Assembly: GCA_004524535.1 (NCBI GenBank)
Contig: SDNY01000043.1
Span: 1-28,083 of the forward strand
DNA from: Promethearchaeota archaeon
GTDB taxonomy: Archaea; Asgardarchaeota; Lokiarchaeia; Sigyniarchaeales; SOKP01
Reading direction: 5' to 3'
DNA length: 28,083 nt
Positions 27,027 to 28,083 of this stretch are shown in pieces (positions within the stretch are counted from its first letter, which is position 1; each line of letters starts with the position of its first letter). The notes beneath the pieces are model-generated. The model was not told where the DNA came from. It worked only from the letters and a program-made list of their open reading frames with translations, and did no database searches. Position numbers and translations under genes: made by a program.

Positions 27027-28083
27027 TTATCTTCTTAATAATTTATGTTTTAGATATTTGCTTTTATAATGTAAAATAATCCCTATCAGAACTACTATGG
27101 GAGCCACATAAAAAAATATTAAATTCATTGTTGACAATTCAATTTCATATTCAAAATAATCCTCAACAATAAGATTATCAGAGGCGTCTTCGATTTCAAT
27201 ATGGCAAGATTTAATCCCAAATTCATATGGATTCCATGTTGGTACAAATTTATATTCAATCCTGTTTCTTCCAGGAATCAATTCATCTATTTCTGTTTTT
27301 ATTTTATCATCGTTAATAAATAAAGAAAATTCTTCTGATTGGCGTTGATTATTCTGAATTAATATAATGAGATGAGCATCCGTCCCTTGTACAACTTTTT
27401 CTGGAAATTCGATGCTAATTATCTCGAAACTCGGAACGATTTCAACAGTTAAAATTTCAGAGTATAATATTTCCTTTCCTATTGAAATAGTCATATCTAT
27501 TTCAATTGAGCTAGTTGGAATATTAGAAATAGTAGCTATTAAATTGGATACTATTTTCCTTTCACTTTTTTCTAATGTTATTGGTTTAGTTGGTGCATTA
27601 CAATATGCTCCTGAAAAACTCAAATTAAAATTTTGTGTTACATTTGGTGATTGATTAATCATATCCAAGAAAACTTCAACACTTCTTCCAGTTACGACTT
27701 TTTTACTATAAATCAAATTAGAATAAGTAATAGCATTTTTAATATCTATTTCTTTAAATTCTTTTAAATAAATTGTACTATTTCCTTCAAATATAAAGGT
27801 TACATTTGCTTTTCCAGTTGGAGCGTCATCTAGAATCGTAATATTTAACTCAAAAATCGTTATGCCAGAATTAATACTTTTATTAACAAATGTTATATTA
27901 ATTGGAAATACTGGATCTTCTTTTATCACATTTCCAATCATAGAAACATTTAATGTAAGGTTATTATTATAGTAACTACGAACTGCGATTGAAAAATTTG
28001 CTACTTCACCTTGATAATAGGATTGTTTTAATGTTAATTCATCCCAGATTATTTCAAGACCAGGGTTAACGTTGAAATTTTTA
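27027..28083 (-). CDS. large membrane-anchored surface protein, 5' end outside the window
   Basis: The frame stays open from the track's ATG (27941) to the window edge (KNFNVNPGLEIIWDELTLKQSYYQGEVANFSIAV...). Beta-rich CARDB/Ig-like segments, C-terminal TM and basic tail. Its TAA overlaps the SD of the next gene. Confidence 0.85.
   Translation of the reverse strand, partial: KNFNVNPGLEIIWDELTLKQSYYQGEVANFSIAVRSYYNNNLTLNVSMIGNVIKEDPVFPINITFVNKSINSGITIFELNITILDDAPTGKANVTFIFEGNSTIYLKEFKEIDIKNAITYSNLIYSKKVVTGRSVEVFLDMINQSPNVTQNFNLSFSGAYCNAPTKPITLEKSERKIVSNLIATISNIPTSSIEIDMTISIGKEILYSEILTVEIVPSFEIISIEFPEKVVQGTDAHLIILIQNNQRQSEEFSLFINDDKIKTEIDELIPGRNRIEYKFVPTWNPYEFGIKSCHIEIEDASDNLIVEDYFEYEIELSTMNLIFFYVAPIVVLIGIILHYKSKYLKHKLLRR

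Noticed and set aside
16902-27654. Track ORFs 16902-17087, 17170-17367, 23106-23348, 23920-24243, 24806-25201 and 27412-27654
   Set aside because: Antisense shadows of mch, the Rag-like gene, mtd, ftr and the surface-protein gene.
1-28083. tRNA, rRNA, CRISPR array, IS element, provirus or defence island
   Set aside because: Spacers are short and AT-rich with no GC-rich structured RNA, no regularly spaced repeats, and no transposase, integrase or defence motifs in any ORF.

Overview
AT-rich, gene-dense archaeal chromosomal segment that looks like Asgard archaea, most likely Lokiarchaeia. This assignment is an inference from gene content: L35Ae, H4MPT-dependent C1 enzymes (mch, mtd, ftr), a Rab-like and a Rag-like small GTPase, a eukaryote-like presenilin, a stand-alone 7TM protein and sequon-rich surface proteins. 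About 26 CDS, including rpl35ae, an 8-repeat WD40 surface protein, secernin-like peptidase, glycogen synthase, XPD, a degenerate FrhB-like Fe-S protein, a wHTH protein, 3-hydroxyacyl-CoA dehydrogenase, a GT4, RecJ/GAN, a beta-CASP nuclease, mtnP, apt and two membrane-anchored surface proteins. I saw no rRNA, tRNA, CRISPR array or mobile element. Best leads: (1) a RagA/Gtr1-like GTPase with a roadblock-like C-terminus whose P-loop lies upstream of the first in-frame ATG, implying an ATT start; (2) a wHTH gene, a perfect 18-bp palindrome and an FrhB paralog missing part of its flavin/F420-binding region; (3) a possible TFB/cyclin-fold protein without a zinc ribbon; (4) a PSEN-like presenilin; (5) a 7TM gene whose frame stays open 38 codons past its stop. 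All family calls were made by eye from motifs; no searches were run.
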